64,000 bases of DNA from Candidatus Marinacidobacterales bacterium (GCA_965226495.1 OZ245365.1:1344001-1408000), one strand, 5' to 3'. Shown: positions 49,570 to 60,102, counted from the stretch's first letter. A program made the numbers and translations. The notes: a model not told the origin generated them from the sequence alone.

Positions 49570-51482
49570 AACCACTCCATCGCCGCCGAGCTTCCTTGGG
49601 TATTACGCGGCGGGATTTCTTGAACGGCGTTTTGCTGGGTTCTGGCGCGGCGCTTTTGCGCCAACAACCGGTACTCCTCGCAGGGCAGACTCCTCTGCAG
49701 GCGCCGGGTCCCGACTGGTACGGCTATGGCGGCATCGGAGACTATGCGCCCTCCCACGGGAACACACCGGAGGTGCTGGCTCACGCACACCACCTGCGTG
49801 ATGGCCTGTACGAGAGTGCGGGCGGCCGGGCCATTGATACCGAAGAAGTCTACGACGTCGTGGTCATCGGCGGTGGAATTGCCGGGCTCGGTGCGGCCTA
49901 CGAGCTCAAGAAGGCCTCAACCAATCACACGTGCCTGATTATCGAGAACCACCCCATCTTCGGTGGTGAATCGAAGCGCAACGAGTTTCGGGTGAAAGGC
50001 CGTCGCTTGATCGCGCCACAGGGCTCGAACGGTTTCTCTGTGCCGGGCGAGGATAAGGGGGAGCATGCATCTAGCGACGCCCGCTACTACCAGGAACTAG
50101 GCATCCCTCGGCGTTTTTCCTACCAGCGTCTGGAAGGCGATGGGGACTTGCGATTCGGTACCGACAATTACGGTTTTCTTTATTGGTTGGAGAACAAGGT
50201 TAGTGTCGGATATTTCTCCGGCGGCGACCAGAAGAGGGTCGCGAAAGACCCCTGGCAGTCTGAATTGAAAGGAACCTCTTTTTCCCAGCTCGAGCGCGAG
50301 CAGTTACTCAAGTGGCGAAACGCAAGCGGGCGGCCTTCCGAGAGGAAAGACTACGAGCAATGGTTGGACAGCATGAGCTACGCCGATTACATCGAGAAGG
50401 TCATGGGCCTCAATCCGAACGTAACGGCCTTTGCGGATCCTCTATTGGCGAGCGCCGTGGGTTTGGGATGTGACGCGGTTTCAGCGTATGCCGCGTATTC
50501 CATTCTTTTTCCGGGCGTGATCAACTTCTATCCTCCCGAGGTGAGGGATCTGTCGCAGCTCGAGCGGCACTCGTTTCCAGGAGGGAATGACGGTTTTGCA
50601 CGGCACTTCGTGAAGAAAATCATTCCGGCGGCGATAGGCGGCGACGATTCCTTCGAACAAATCATGAACGGAAGCGTGAATTTCGCCGCCTTGGATAAGG
50701 ACGACCAGCGCATTCGGATGCGCGTGGGCGCGACGGTGGTGGGTGTCGAGCATCAAGCTGAGGGGGGCGAGCCCGACAGGTCCGAGCACGTTGTGGTGAC
50801 CTACGCTAAGGGTTCCAATCTGTACCGCGTCAGGGCTCGCGGCGTCGTGATGGCCACAGGCGGTTGGATGAACAAGCATGTCGTTCGCGACTTGCCGGCC
50901 GCTCATCATGACGCCTTCGGATCGTTCCAGCATTCGGCTTTCTTGGTGGCAAACGTCGCTCTGACAAACTGGCGCTTCATGTACGACTTGGGTATTACGG
51001 CGTGCCGCTACAACGGTCGCTTCGGTTTCAGTTGCAACATCCGGCTGCCCATGTCGGTGGGGGAATATCAGCCGACACTCGACCCGGACGAGCCCACCGT
51101 TTTGACGTTCTACGTGCCACTCATCTACCCGGGACTCCCGGTGAGGGCCCAGTGTATGAGAGGTCGCATGGATCTCCTCACCACGAGCTATGCGGACTAC
51201 GAGTCACTGATCGTGACGCAGCTCTCGGAGCTTTTTGGAACGAGCTTCGATCCGAAGCGTGACGTGGCGGGTATCATTCTCAATCGCTGGGGGCACGCGT
51301 ACGTGGTGCCCGAGCCGGGCTTCTTCTTCGGTCGCGACGGGGAACCGGCGGCTCGAGATGTTATCCGGGAACCCCACGGCCGGATCGCCTTCGGTCACTC
51401 GGAGCTCCGAGGCAACCAACATTGGGGATCCGCGGCCGATGAGGGGCGTCGGGCGATGCGCCAAGTCCTCGATCAACTCTAG
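49566..51482 (+). CDS. Tat-exported FAD-dependent oxidoreductase, spermidine dehydrogenase-like
   Basis: ITRRDFLNG, YDVVVIGGGI.GL, ENH..FGG..KRNEF, FPGGN, R.....I..NRWGH.Y. Confidence 0.75.
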   Translation: MKPLHRRRASLGITRRDFLNGVLLGSGAALLRQQPVLLAGQTPLQAPGPDWYGYGGIGDYAPSHGNTPEVLAHAHHLRDGLYESAGGRAIDTEEVYDVVVIGGGIAGLGAAYELKKASTNHTCLIIENHPIFGGESKRNEFRVKGRRLIAPQGSNGFSVPGEDKGEHASSDARYYQELGIPRRFSYQRLEGDGDLRFGTDNYGFLYWLENKVSVGYFSGGDQKRVAKDPWQSELKGTSFSQLEREQLLKWRNASGRPSERKDYEQWLDSMSYADYIEKVMGLNPNVTAFADPLLASAVGLGCDAVSAYAAYSILFPGVINFYPPEVRDLSQLERHSFPGGNDGFARHFVKKIIPAAIGGDDSFEQIMNGSVNFAALDKDDQRIRMRVGATVVGVEHQAEGGEPDRSEHVVVTYAKGSNLYRVRARGVVMATGGWMNKHVVRDLPAAHHDAFGSFQHSAFLVANVALTNWRFMYDLGITACRYNGRFGFSCNIRLPMSVGEYQPTLDPDEPTVLTFYVPLIYPGLPVRAQCMRGRMDLLTTSYADYESLIVTQLSELFGTSFDPKRDVAGIILNRWGHAYVVPEPGFFFGRDGEPAARDVIREPHGRIAFGHSELRGNQHWGSAADEGRRAMRQVLDQL

Positions 51483-51549
51483 CCGGCACGGCGTCTCGCC
51501 AACCAGGCGTGAGTTAGAATAGCCAGGCCAGCCAACGTGGAGCATCGAA

Positions 51550-52623
51550 ATGACCGAGTCCAACCCTGAAAGCCCGGTGATTGCCGGCTACAAGCCGTGC
51601 TACGTGGAGCTCGAGAGAGGGAAGACCTACCTATGGTGTGCCTGTGGGCGGAGTAAGAATCAACCCTTTTGCGATAGCTCTCACCGCGGCACGTCCTTTC
51701 GGCCGGTCCAGTACGTCGCGAAGGAAGAAGGCGAAGAAGTCTTGTTCTGCGCCTGCAAGCGCTCGTCGGAGAAGCCGTTTTGCGACGGGACGCACAACAG
51801 CCTGAAAGACAAGTACGACGAAGACGATCCCCAAAGCCGGGAGAACCTATCTATTCCTCAGGTCGAGGCGGGTGGAGAGGGGAAGGCCCGTTTGGACGGG
51901 GGGTGCTACGTCTGCAGCATCCCGGCGCTAGCCCTCGATCGAAACGGCACGCTCGGTTTCGCGCCCACCATTGCTTCTTCCGACGGTGCCAAGTATCAGT
52001 CGCAGTTCTATCTAGAAGCGACGCAGGGAGAGTCTCCGGTGATCAGTTTTGGAGACCGTCATGTGGTCCTACTCCTGGCGGAAGGGAAGGGGACGGTGGT
52101 GATCTCTGGACAATCGTTCGAGGTGAAGGAAACCGACGGCGTCTACGTTCGGGGGGGCGAGGCTTTTTCGCTGCAGAACCTTGGGCCGGACACGATGAAG
52201 CTCTTCGCCGCCGTCTGTCCTCAAGCCGAACAACCCGCGTTCTTAGAAGAGATGCCACAGAACTTCGAGGCCTCACTTCCGAAGCGTGTGGTCAGCGTCG
52301 ATCCGGAAGAGCGCCAATCCATGGCAGATCGATTCTTTCAACTTCTTGTAGACAAGAAGATCGGCTCCGACGTGGTGACCCAGTTCATAGGCGAAATTCC
52401 CGTCTCCAAGGCCAGTCCGCACCGCCACCTATATGAAGAGACGCTCGTCATCCTCAAAGGCGAGGGTTGCATGTGGACCGAGTCGAAAAAAGCACCGGTC
52501 AAAGCGGGCGACATCATCTTCTTGCCTCGCAAACAGCTTCATTCACTCCAATGTACCGATGACGACGGGATGCTGGTGGTGGGAGTCATCTACCCGGGCG
52601 ACAACCCTTCCATCAATTACTGA
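51550..52623 (+). CDS. CDGSH iron-sulfur (two motifs) plus tandem cupin fusion protein
   Basis: WCACGRSKNQPFCDSSH and CACK.S..KPFCDGTH; C-terminal H.H.YEE...G.G...GD...P....H. Confidence 0.82.
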   Translation: MTESNPESPVIAGYKPCYVELERGKTYLWCACGRSKNQPFCDSSHRGTSFRPVQYVAKEEGEEVLFCACKRSSEKPFCDGTHNSLKDKYDEDDPQSRENLSIPQVEAGGEGKARLDGGCYVCSIPALALDRNGTLGFAPTIASSDGAKYQSQFYLEATQGESPVISFGDRHVVLLLAEGKGTVVISGQSFEVKETDGVYVRGGEAFSLQNLGPDTMKLFAAVCPQAEQPAFLEEMPQNFEASLPKRVVSVDPEERQSMADRFFQLLVDKKIGSDVVTQFIGEIPVSKASPHRHLYEETLVILKGEGCMWTESKKAPVKAGDIIFLPRKQLHSLQCTDDDGMLVVGVIYPGDNPSINY

Positions 52624-52686
52624 ATCAGTTTTCCTCGACGCGCCACGAGAGCCGACCCGGTCGTGGCCCTGTGACTGGAGTAGTTC

Positions 52687-53144
52687 CTAAAGCGCCATCT
52701 CGTCCGCGGTGGCTGCCTCTTCCGAGACGGAGACGATACCGTCACTCGAGGCGCAGATTTGCCCCTCTTGATCGCGAAGCTCGGCGCTCGCGAATATCAT
52801 CGAGCGACCAGCCCGGACGATTCGACCGAGCACTTCGAAGCGATCGCCGTGAACGGGCCGAATGAAATGCACATTGAGTTGCGCGGTGCCGACGCGGCGT
52901 CCCGGTGCGCAGAAATGGCCCACCAAGCCAATCGTGAAGTCGAAAGCGGCCGAAATGATCGCTCCATTGACGGCATCGGTTCCTAGCCCCCCCGATGGTG
53001 CGGCTCGATGGGGTCGATGGACAAGCGGACGACATCCGGTGAGGAAAGATCCAAGCGCGCGCCCATGTGAAGTAAGCCAGGGTGACGGTTCCAGCGAGCC
53101 TCCATTTTGGCCCGCTCGGTATCTGAGAGGGGGAGGGCGGTCAC
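52687..53144 (-). pseudogene. PaaI/hotdog-fold thioesterase with a -1 frameshift
   Basis: One extra G in the G7 run (52987-52993) joins HHRGG to LGTDAVNGAIISAAFD...TAQLNVHFIRP. Confidence 0.8.
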
Positions 53145-53542
53145 AGGTTGCCGGAGCAGACTCGCTCGTCGATGATCCGCTGAAACCAACCGAGCTCCAT
53201 TGCCAGCTTCGTTAGCAGCGCACTCATTTCGTTCCAGTCTCTTGCCGGAAGAGCCTCGACGAGCTGGGTGGCCAGATCCTCCAATCCGGCTGCGCCGACT
53301 TCGGTGGAACTGGCTTTGAGCTCGCGCGCTAGGCGGGCGAGCGATTCGGAGTCCTGGTTCCCGAGGGCCCGCTCGAGCGATGTGAGAGCTCGGTCGGCTG
53401 ACTTCGAAAAAGACTCACAGCGCTCCTTGGCGAGCTCGGCGTTGCCGTTCGCTTGTCGGAGGGCGATAGTGCGATCGAAGACTTCCAAGTTGAAACTACC
53501 TCTCTTAACGCTGTTTATATCAAAGAGGCGGTACTCGAACAA
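53141..53542 (-). CDS. Hpt-like domain protein lacking the phospho-acceptor His
   Basis: L...ARELKASS..VGA..L...A.QL corresponds to the Hpt motif AH.LKGSS with H replaced by R. Confidence 0.65.
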   Translation of the reverse strand: MFEYRLFDINSVKRGSFNLEVFDRTIALRQANGNAELAKERCESFSKSADRALTSLERALGNQDSESLARLARELKASSTEVGAAGLEDLATQLVEALPARDWNEMSALLTKLAMELGWFQRIIDERVCSGNL

Positions 53543-53572
53543 ATCCGGGGCTCGAGAGAGAGCCGCTGCTAT

Positions 53573-53740
53573 CTAGCCGGCTAGAGCGTAATAGATCACG
53601 TAGAACCAGGAGAATACGCCGTGCAGCATGGCCCATAGTATCGATCCGTTCTTGGACCAGGAGATCGCAATCGCGAGTGCTGCGCCCATGCTGACGCCCG
53701 AACGAGTTACTTCACGACGGTACATATGACCGTTAGCCAT
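53573..53740 (-). CDS. Small membrane protein
   Basis: RBS GGAGGA; GVSMGAALAIAISWS.N.SILWA..HG.FSWFYVIYY. Confidence 0.7.
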   Translation of the reverse strand: MANGHMYRREVTRSGVSMGAALAIAISWSKNGSILWAMLHGVFSWFYVIYYALAG

Positions 53741-53824
53741 AAACGTCCTCCGCGGTGGCGGCCTCTCCGGGAGTGGCGAAGCCGGTCTCACCTTATCGGA
53801 AGACGGGAGGTCCTGCCAGGGTTC

Positions 53825-56329
53825 CTACTCGGTTCGAAGTGCGACGACGGGGTCGATTCGACTCGCCCGGCGGGCCGGAACGTAGGCGGCAAGGGCGGCC
53901 GCACCGACGAGGACAGTCGGGACCGCGAAGAACGTGAAGGGGTCGAAGGCCTCGACTCCGAAGAGGAGTCCACTCAGCAACTGGCTCAACCCGAGAGACA
54001 GCAGGAGACCGATCACACCACCGACGACCACAAGTTTTAGCCCGCTCAGCATCAGCATTCGGATCACGGAGCCCCCGTCGGCGCCGAGAGACATCCTAAT
54101 TCCCACTTCCCGGGTTCTCTGAGCAACCGCGTAGCTCACGATGCCGTAGAGGCCCACGCTGGCCAACGCGAGGGCGAGCACCGCGAAGACGGAGAGCAAC
54201 AACGCAGACAAGCGAGCGGGGAGTAGCACGATCCCCAAGTGTTTGTCCATGCTCTTGGCTTCCCATACCCATAGGTCCGGATCGACTCGTCGGCCGGTGG
54301 CCAACAAGTCGAGCGCCAGGCGCTCTGGGTCGAGGGTCGTTCGAGCCACCACGGTGTGGAAGGTCTCGTAGTTCTGGCTGTAGGGGATATAAATGAAGGA
54401 TCGCGGCGCCTCGCCCAGTGAACGTACTTTGGTGTCGCTCGCTACCCCGATGATCTGAAGGTCGGGGTCATCGTCGTCGCGCAGCATTTGGCCAACCGCC
54501 TTCTCGGCAGAGGACCAAAACTTCTTGGCCAGGGCTTCGCTGACAATGGCAACCGGCGGGCTGTCGGCGAGATCTCGGTCGTTGAAGTTGCGGCCTCTCA
54601 AGATGCGGACCCCCGCTGCGTCGAAAAACTCCGCGTCGACTGTGGCGCGATCGGCGGCGTGGGCATCGCGTTCCGGCGGCGGCTCGACCCCGTCCACATT
54701 AAAGTCCATGGTTTGTGTGCTCGTGGTGTTGAGATGCAGGTTGTCGATCATTCCTACCGATTCGACACCCGGTAGTTCTCGGAATCGATCCAGCAAGTTG
54801 CGGGTGAAGACTCTGCCCTCTTCTTCGGTGAATCGAGTCGTCGGAACCATGACAGTGAGAATCGCCGATGGATCCCGGCCGAATCCCGGATCGACGGATT
54901 GGATCCGCTCGAAGCTTCGTAAGAAGAGCCCCGCTCCCACAAGCAGGACCAAAGAGATCACCACCTGAGCCACGACCAGCAAATTCCTTACCGTGAGTTT
55001 GCCGTGCTGCCCGCCCCCCGCCGTTTCGTCCTTGAGGGTAGAGGCAAGATCGGGGTTCGTGCTCTGAAGCGCAGGAACCAATCCGAGCAGGACCCCCGCC
55101 ACCAGGGAAACTGAGAGGCTGAACCCGAGCACGTTGGTGTCAGGGGTCAAATCCAACGTAATGGGAAGCGGGAGTGGCAGGTCGGCGGAGACGAGGAGCT
55201 TCAGAAGCCAAACCGAAAGCGCGAACCCGGCACCACCGGCCAAGACTCCGAGGAGGACCGTCTCACTCAGAAGCTGCCCCGCCAAGTCGCGGCGGGTGGC
55301 GCCCAGAGCAAGGCGAAGAGCGATCTCTTTCTTGCGATCCAGAGCCTGGGCGAGCAGAAAGCTCGCCAGGTTCATGCAGGCGATGAGCAGCACGAGGCCG
55401 ACGGCGACGGTGAGCAGCCAGGCGGCAGCGCGAACAAACCGGTCGACCGGAGGGAAAAGGATGACACTTTCCGTCGGTACGGAAATGAATTTTCCGTGGG
55501 GATCCCAATTGTCGGTGTCGTCTTCCGTCAGGCGCGCGGCAACCGCGTCCATCGCGACCTGAACTTGAGGGATGGATACACCGGGTTTGAGCCGCGCCTT
55601 GAGGAACATGGAGTGATTGCCCCGCGCCTCGAACTGATCGCTGGTGGCCGCGAGGAGCTCGTTGAGCATCATCATCGGCGTGTAGACCGCTGGTTCCATT
55701 CCGCGAAAGCTACCCATGAACTCCGGCGATGCGACGCCGAGGATCGTGTAGGGGCGGCCGCTCAAACGCATTTCGCGGCCGACCACGTTTGGGTCCCCGC
55801 CGAACGCGCTTTGCCAATACTTGTGGGACAACACGACGACGGGATGGGCGCCTGGATTGACGTCGTCCTCCGTCAGGATCGTTCGGCCCACCAGCGCTTC
55901 AACTCCGAGCAGAGAGAAGTAGTTTCCGCTAACCACCTCGCTCGAGATCATCTCGACGGAGCCATCCCGATCGACCTGCGCGAGGTTGATCCTTGTCGCG
56001 CTGACGCCTTCGAACACGTCTCGGGTTCCGTCTCGAATGTCCTCGTAGTCCGGGTACGAGAAGACGTTGTAATGGAAGTCGGGCGTGTCGATGTAGAGAT
56101 TGACGAGCTCTTCGGGAGCCTCGAGGGGGGACTCTTTCAACAACACGGCATTGATGAGGGTGAAGATGGCGGTGTTGGCGCCAATTCCCAGCGCCAGGGA
56201 CAAGATGGCGATCAACGTGAAGCCCGGGTTTTGTCTCAACCTCCGGGTTGCATAGGCGAGGTTTCGCCAGACCGTGGCCAGGAACGAATCACCGTTCCCG
56301 TTCCTGCCTAGTGTATGGGTCGTGGGCAC
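53825..56329 (-). CDS. ADOP-type duplicated MacB/FtsX ABC permease
   Basis: PGFT..AILSLALGIGANTAIF, LLIAC.NLA, EIA.RLALGA, Q..SL.LL.GAGLF, RTREVGIRMSLGA, PARRA. Confidence 0.92.
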   Translation of the reverse strand: MPTTHTLGRNGNGDSFLATVWRNLAYATRRLRQNPGFTLIAILSLALGIGANTAIFTLINAVLLKESPLEAPEELVNLYIDTPDFHYNVFSYPDYEDIRDGTRDVFEGVSATRINLAQVDRDGSVEMISSEVVSGNYFSLLGVEALVGRTILTEDDVNPGAHPVVVLSHKYWQSAFGGDPNVVGREMRLSGRPYTILGVASPEFMGSFRGMEPAVYTPMMMLNELLAATSDQFEARGNHSMFLKARLKPGVSIPQVQVAMDAVAARLTEDDTDNWDPHGKFISVPTESVILFPPVDRFVRAAAWLLTVAVGLVLLIACMNLASFLLAQALDRKKEIALRLALGATRRDLAGQLLSETVLLGVLAGGAGFALSVWLLKLLVSADLPLPLPITLDLTPDTNVLGFSLSVSLVAGVLLGLVPALQSTNPDLASTLKDETAGGGQHGKLTVRNLLVVAQVVISLVLLVGAGLFLRSFERIQSVDPGFGRDPSAILTVMVPTTRFTEEEGRVFTRNLLDRFRELPGVESVGMIDNLHLNTTSTQTMDFNVDGVEPPPERDAHAADRATVDAEFFDAAGVRILRGRNFNDRDLADSPPVAIVSEALAKKFWSSAEKAVGQMLRDDDDPDLQIIGVASDTKVRSLGEAPRSFIYIPYSQNYETFHTVVARTTLDPERLALDLLATGRRVDPDLWVWEAKSMDKHLGIVLLPARLSALLLSVFAVLALALASVGLYGIVSYAVAQRTREVGIRMSLGADGGSVIRMLMLSGLKLVVVGGVIGLLLSLGLSQLLSGLLFGVEAFDPFTFFAVPTVLVGAAALAAYVPARRASRIDPVVALRTE

Positions 56330-56541
56330 GCTGAGCCTCCTATCGTCCGGCGGTCGGAGTCTAGTGCCCGACCGCCACTGTTATAAACGTTGGCGGCCAG
56401 CTAAGGGTTCCCCAAAAGGGTGGCACCTGGTGACCGAGGTTTCAAGATGTTGATTTTAAACGGCTTACCAAAAGGGTGGCACCTGGTGGAGAATCGAGAG
56501 AAACTAGCGGTGTTCTTAATTCGAGGATTCGAGGAGTCGCT

Positions 56542-57189
56542 ATGTTCATCAAGAAAACTGAAGTACCCGAGAAGGAAAGTTCACTTCCGGGGCGGGCCGA
56601 TCCCATGTCTGTTCCGGAGACCCATTTCGTGAATGGGCATCCGTTGAAGCCGCCATTTCCCGAGGGAATGGAGATGGCGATGTTCGCGCTCGGATGTTTC
56701 TGGGGAGCCGAGAAGACCTTTTGGGAGACCGATGGCGTCTACACGACCGCCGTCGGCTACGCGGGAGGGTACACTCCAAACGCGACTTACCAGGAGGTAT
56801 GCAGCGGCATGACCGGCCACACCGAAGTCGTGCTCGTGGTGTTCGACCCGCAGGTCGTCTCGTACGAGAAGCTACTCAAGATCTTTTGGGAGGCTCACGA
56901 CCCGACACAAGGGATGCGCCAGGGTGGTGACGTCGGGACGCAGTACCGATCCGAAATCTATACCTATAACGATGAGCAGAAGAAGGCTGCGCTTGCTTCG
57001 CGAGAAGCCTATGAAGAAGTGTTGGGAGCTTCGGGCTACGATCCCATCACCACCGAGATCGAAGATGCCCCCGAGCTCTACTACGCCGAGGATTACCATC
57101 AGCAGTACCTGGCCAAGAACCCGAACGGTTACTGTGGCCATGGAGGTACAGGGGTCGCTTGTCCTACCGGGCTTTCAGTAGATCGATAA
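56542..57189 (+). CDS. msrA: Peptide-methionine (S)-S-oxide reductase
   Basis: [53 protein letters not shown]. Confidence 0.96.
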   Translation: MFIKKTEVPEKESSLPGRADPMSVPETHFVNGHPLKPPFPEGMEMAMFALGCFWGAEKTFWETDGVYTTAVGYAGGYTPNATYQEVCSGMTGHTEVVLVVFDPQVVSYEKLLKIFWEAHDPTQGMRQGGDVGTQYRSEIYTYNDEQKKAALASREAYEEVLGASGYDPITTEIEDAPELYYAEDYHQQYLAKNPNGYCGHGGTGVACPTGLSVDR

Positions 57190-57204
57190 GAGTGCCAGCT
57201 GATT

Positions 57205-57705
57205 CTACGGCGGAAACCCCTCGAGCAGTTTTCTCACGGCCTTGTTGATGAGGGTCTGGTTCTTCTGAGGTTTAGGATCCACAGTCGCGGTTGCGATGCC
57301 TCGCCACAATAACCGTCCCTTCTTTGAGTCGAGGATATCGAGAACGAGCGTTCCCGCGATGTGTTTTTCTACCTTGAGAGTTGCGGGGGATGTCCATGTC
57401 GCGCGATAGCCGGCGCCGGCCAAATCAACCTCTTCTTTCGCCGACGCGTGGTAGACGAGGTACAGGTCGGGTTCTTGCTCATCCAGCCAGTAACCCTTGA
57501 TGCCGAGCTCGCTCTCGACGGCGCTCGTGATCCGATGGTCGGAGAGGTCGTTCTCGACCGGCGTGCCATCTCGCCAGGCAAACGTTTCGTACTTGCCGAA
57601 ATCGACTCGGTCGTCATAGTCGACGCTGATGTTCTGGGCGTTGGCGCTAATCGGGGCAAGGACCATGATGCCGGACAAAATTACCAGGGTTGCCAGGTTT
57701 CTCAT
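57205..57705 (-). CDS. DUF4136 domain secreted protein
   Basis: DYD...DF..Y.TFAW, GTLVLDI.D......WRG.A, FPP end. Confidence 0.82.
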   Translation of the reverse strand: MRNLATLVILSGIMVLAPISANAQNISVDYDDRVDFGKYETFAWRDGTPVENDLSDHRITSAVESELGIKGYWLDEQEPDLYLVYHASAKEEVDLAGAGYRATWTSPATLKVEKHIAGTLVLDILDSKKGRLLWRGIATATVDPKPQKNQTLINKAVRKLLEGFPP

Positions 57706-57719
57706 TTAAAAGGTTCCTC

Positions 57720-58697
57720 TCAAGGCTCCGTCTTGGGTGCCATCTTCTGAACGGCGTAGTATCCCTGCCGAGTGCGGACGTCGAGGTGATCGTAGTATTT
57801 GACCCGAACCTGTATGCGACGCCAGGACCCGTCTCGGGTGGCGTCTTTGGGAACGTAGGCGATCCGGTATTGACTGTGTAGCTCTTCCATGACCTGGGAG
57901 AAATGGTAGTTGAGCTGTTCCAAATCGTGGGGGTAGAAGGCGCGGCCACCGGTCTCTTTGGCGAGACTACCGAGGAAGTGTCGGTTGACCACCCTGACCC
58001 CGGAACCGAGTCCGGGTCGACCTTCGAAGCCGACCGTGTAGATACTCACATCGGAGAGCTTGCCGCGCTCGACCGCTTCGTCCTGGGTAATGTCACTTCC
58101 CTCCGCCGACGGCCAAGAGTCGGTGCCATCGGTGAGAACCAAGAGTGCGGTACGACCGTTGAGGGCCGCGAGTTTTTCGAGCGATATCCGCACCGCGTCA
58201 TAGAGGGCGGTCGCGCCTCCCGGTCGGAAGCCGTCGATGGCTCGCTCCAAAGTGCCCACGTCACCCGTGAAGTTGGTTGGGAAGAATAGGTCCTGGTTGA
58301 AGAAGCCGATCATGGCCCGATCGCCCGGACGCAACTGACGGACGAAGTTCATGGCCGCCGACTTAACGCCGTTGGCGTTCGGCTGGATACTCGACGAGGC
58401 GTCGAGTAGGAGGATAACGGTGACGGGAGTGTTTCCGGAAGCAAAGAAGCTCAGCTCTTGGGTGATCCCGTTCTCACTTATCTCGAAGTCCTCGGCCTTC
58501 AGTCCCGGGATCATTTTTCTTCCTGAGGTGACGACGGCGTTCAAGTAGACCGCATCTACTGCTACATTGAACTCGATTTGCTCCTCAGCGTGAGTACCGG
58601 ACGGGACGGTAGCCTTTTGCGCGGTGGTGGTCATAGATGAGCCGGGGGATAGGCCAATGAGAGGCAATCCGGTCAGAAGCAGGTGTCGCGCTCGCAC
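57720..58697 (-). CDS. VWA domain protein (acidobacterial VWFA type)
   Basis: L...DF.I.ENG..Q, LLDASSS, G.TALYDAV, LTDG.D, LAKETGG, L.SQY.I.Y.P, R.R.GY. Confidence 0.88.
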   Translation of the reverse strand: MRARHLLLTGLPLIGLSPGSSMTTTAQKATVPSGTHAEEQIEFNVAVDAVYLNAVVTSGRKMIPGLKAEDFEISENGITQELSFFASGNTPVTVILLLDASSSIQPNANGVKSAAMNFVRQLRPGDRAMIGFFNQDLFFPTNFTGDVGTLERAIDGFRPGGATALYDAVRISLEKLAALNGRTALLVLTDGTDSWPSAEGSDITQDEAVERGKLSDVSIYTVGFEGRPGLGSGVRVVNRHFLGSLAKETGGRAFYPHDLEQLNYHFSQVMEELHSQYRIAYVPKDATRDGSWRRIQVRVKYYDHLDVRTRQGYYAVQKMAPKTEP

Positions 58698-58769
58698 AGC
58701 CTATCAGGTTAGCCAACCCGGCGCTTTCGATCAAGACTCGCCCGATCCGCATGTGATAAGTGTTGTGTC

Positions 58770-59762
58770 ATGAAACTGCGATTGCTTTCTGGGGACGAGA
58801 TTCGCCGCGCCGTATCCATGGCGCAAGCCATTGAGGCTGTGAAGCCGGCTTTCGCCGAGCTTTCGACGGGCAAAGCGGATGTACCCGTTCGTACCGGCGT
58901 CAAGGTTCCCCAGCATAACGGGGTCAGCTTATTCATGCCCGCCTTCTTACGGGAGAGCGATCAGCTCGGTGTGAAAATAGCGTCCGTCTTCCCGGACAAT
59001 GTGAAGCGGGCTCTTCCCACCATCCACGCGTTGGTTGCGGTGATCGATTCGAAGACCGGCCGTCCGACCGCGATTGTCGACGGAACCTATCTGACGGCTC
59101 TGCGAACGGGCGCCGCGACGGGAGCCGCCACCGATCTCCTCGCGCGTAGGGACGCGAGGGTCGCTGCCATCATCGGGGCCGGGGGGCAGGCTCGCACGCA
59201 ACTAGAAGGTGTCTGTGAAGTCCGAGATATAGAAGAGGCAAGGATCTACAGTCTTCGCCCCGATTCGGCGGCGAAGTTCGCGGAGGAAATGCAAGATGCC
59301 GGCGGCCGGATACCGAAGAACGTTAGGGCCGTCTCCTCGGCGAGAGAAGCGTTGCGAGGCGCGGACATCGTCTGCACCGCCACAACGGCGAGAGCACCGG
59401 TGTTCGAGGATGCCCATCTCGAAGTTGGCGCGCACATCAACGCGGTCGGAAGCTTTACTCCTGAGATGCAGGAGGTTCCCGAAGAGACGATGAGGAGGGG
59501 GCAGGTGGTCGTTGATTCCCGAGAGGCTTGCTGGGAAGAGGCCGGAGATCTGCTGATTCCCTTGCAGAAGGGGCTCATTTCCAAGGACCACATTCGCGCG
59601 GAGCTCGGCGAGATCTTGGCCGGTGCCAGGGCGGGGCGGGGAAATGACGACGAGGTCACGATCTTCAAGTCGGTGGGCAACGCGGTGCAGGACGTTGCCG
59701 TCGCAGGCAAGGCATTAGAAGAGGCGAGAAAACACTCTCTCGGCGTCGAGTTAGAGATCTAA
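58770..59762 (+). CDS. Ornithine cyclodeaminase / mu-crystallin family protein
   Basis: MPA, GVK..SV, LTALRTGA, IGAG.QA, CTAT, HINAVGS, FKSVG.A.QD. Confidence 0.9.
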   Translation: MKLRLLSGDEIRRAVSMAQAIEAVKPAFAELSTGKADVPVRTGVKVPQHNGVSLFMPAFLRESDQLGVKIASVFPDNVKRALPTIHALVAVIDSKTGRPTAIVDGTYLTALRTGAATGAATDLLARRDARVAAIIGAGGQARTQLEGVCEVRDIEEARIYSLRPDSAAKFAEEMQDAGGRIPKNVRAVSSAREALRGADIVCTATTARAPVFEDAHLEVGAHINAVGSFTPEMQEVPEETMRRGQVVVDSREACWEEAGDLLIPLQKGLISKDHIRAELGEILAGARAGRGNDDEVTIFKSVGNAVQDVAVAGKALEEARKHSLGVELEI

Positions 59763-59770
59763 CAAGACGC

Positions 59771-60046
59771 TTACGTGCCGATGACCACGTTCCACGGTCG
59801 AATCCGCCATTCCTTGACCAGCCCGTTTTGCACGTACGGATCGGCGGCGACAAACTCTTCGATCTTCTTGGGGTCGTCGACTTTGAAAACGATCACCGCC
59901 TGATCGACGGGATCAGCTAGCGCTCCTCCGAAGACGAGCTCCCCTCGTGCGTGGCACTCCTTAGCCATGCCCAAATGCCCTTCTCGGAACGGACCTCGGC
60001 GGTCGAGTATATCGTCGACGTAATCGTAGAAAAGTATGTAATGCAT
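59771..60046 (-). CDS. YciI-like protein
   Basis: R...R..HL, GGA, F...DPY..NG.V..W.I. Confidence 0.88.
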   Translation of the reverse strand: MHYILFYDYVDDILDRRGPFREGHLGMAKECHARGELVFGGALADPVDQAVIVFKVDDPKKIEEFVAADPYVQNGLVKEWRIRPWNVVIGT

Positions 60047-60102
60047 CTCTACCTCGCTTGCCGCCATTCTAACGCGACGTGACGAGCTAATGATACAGGG
60101 CA

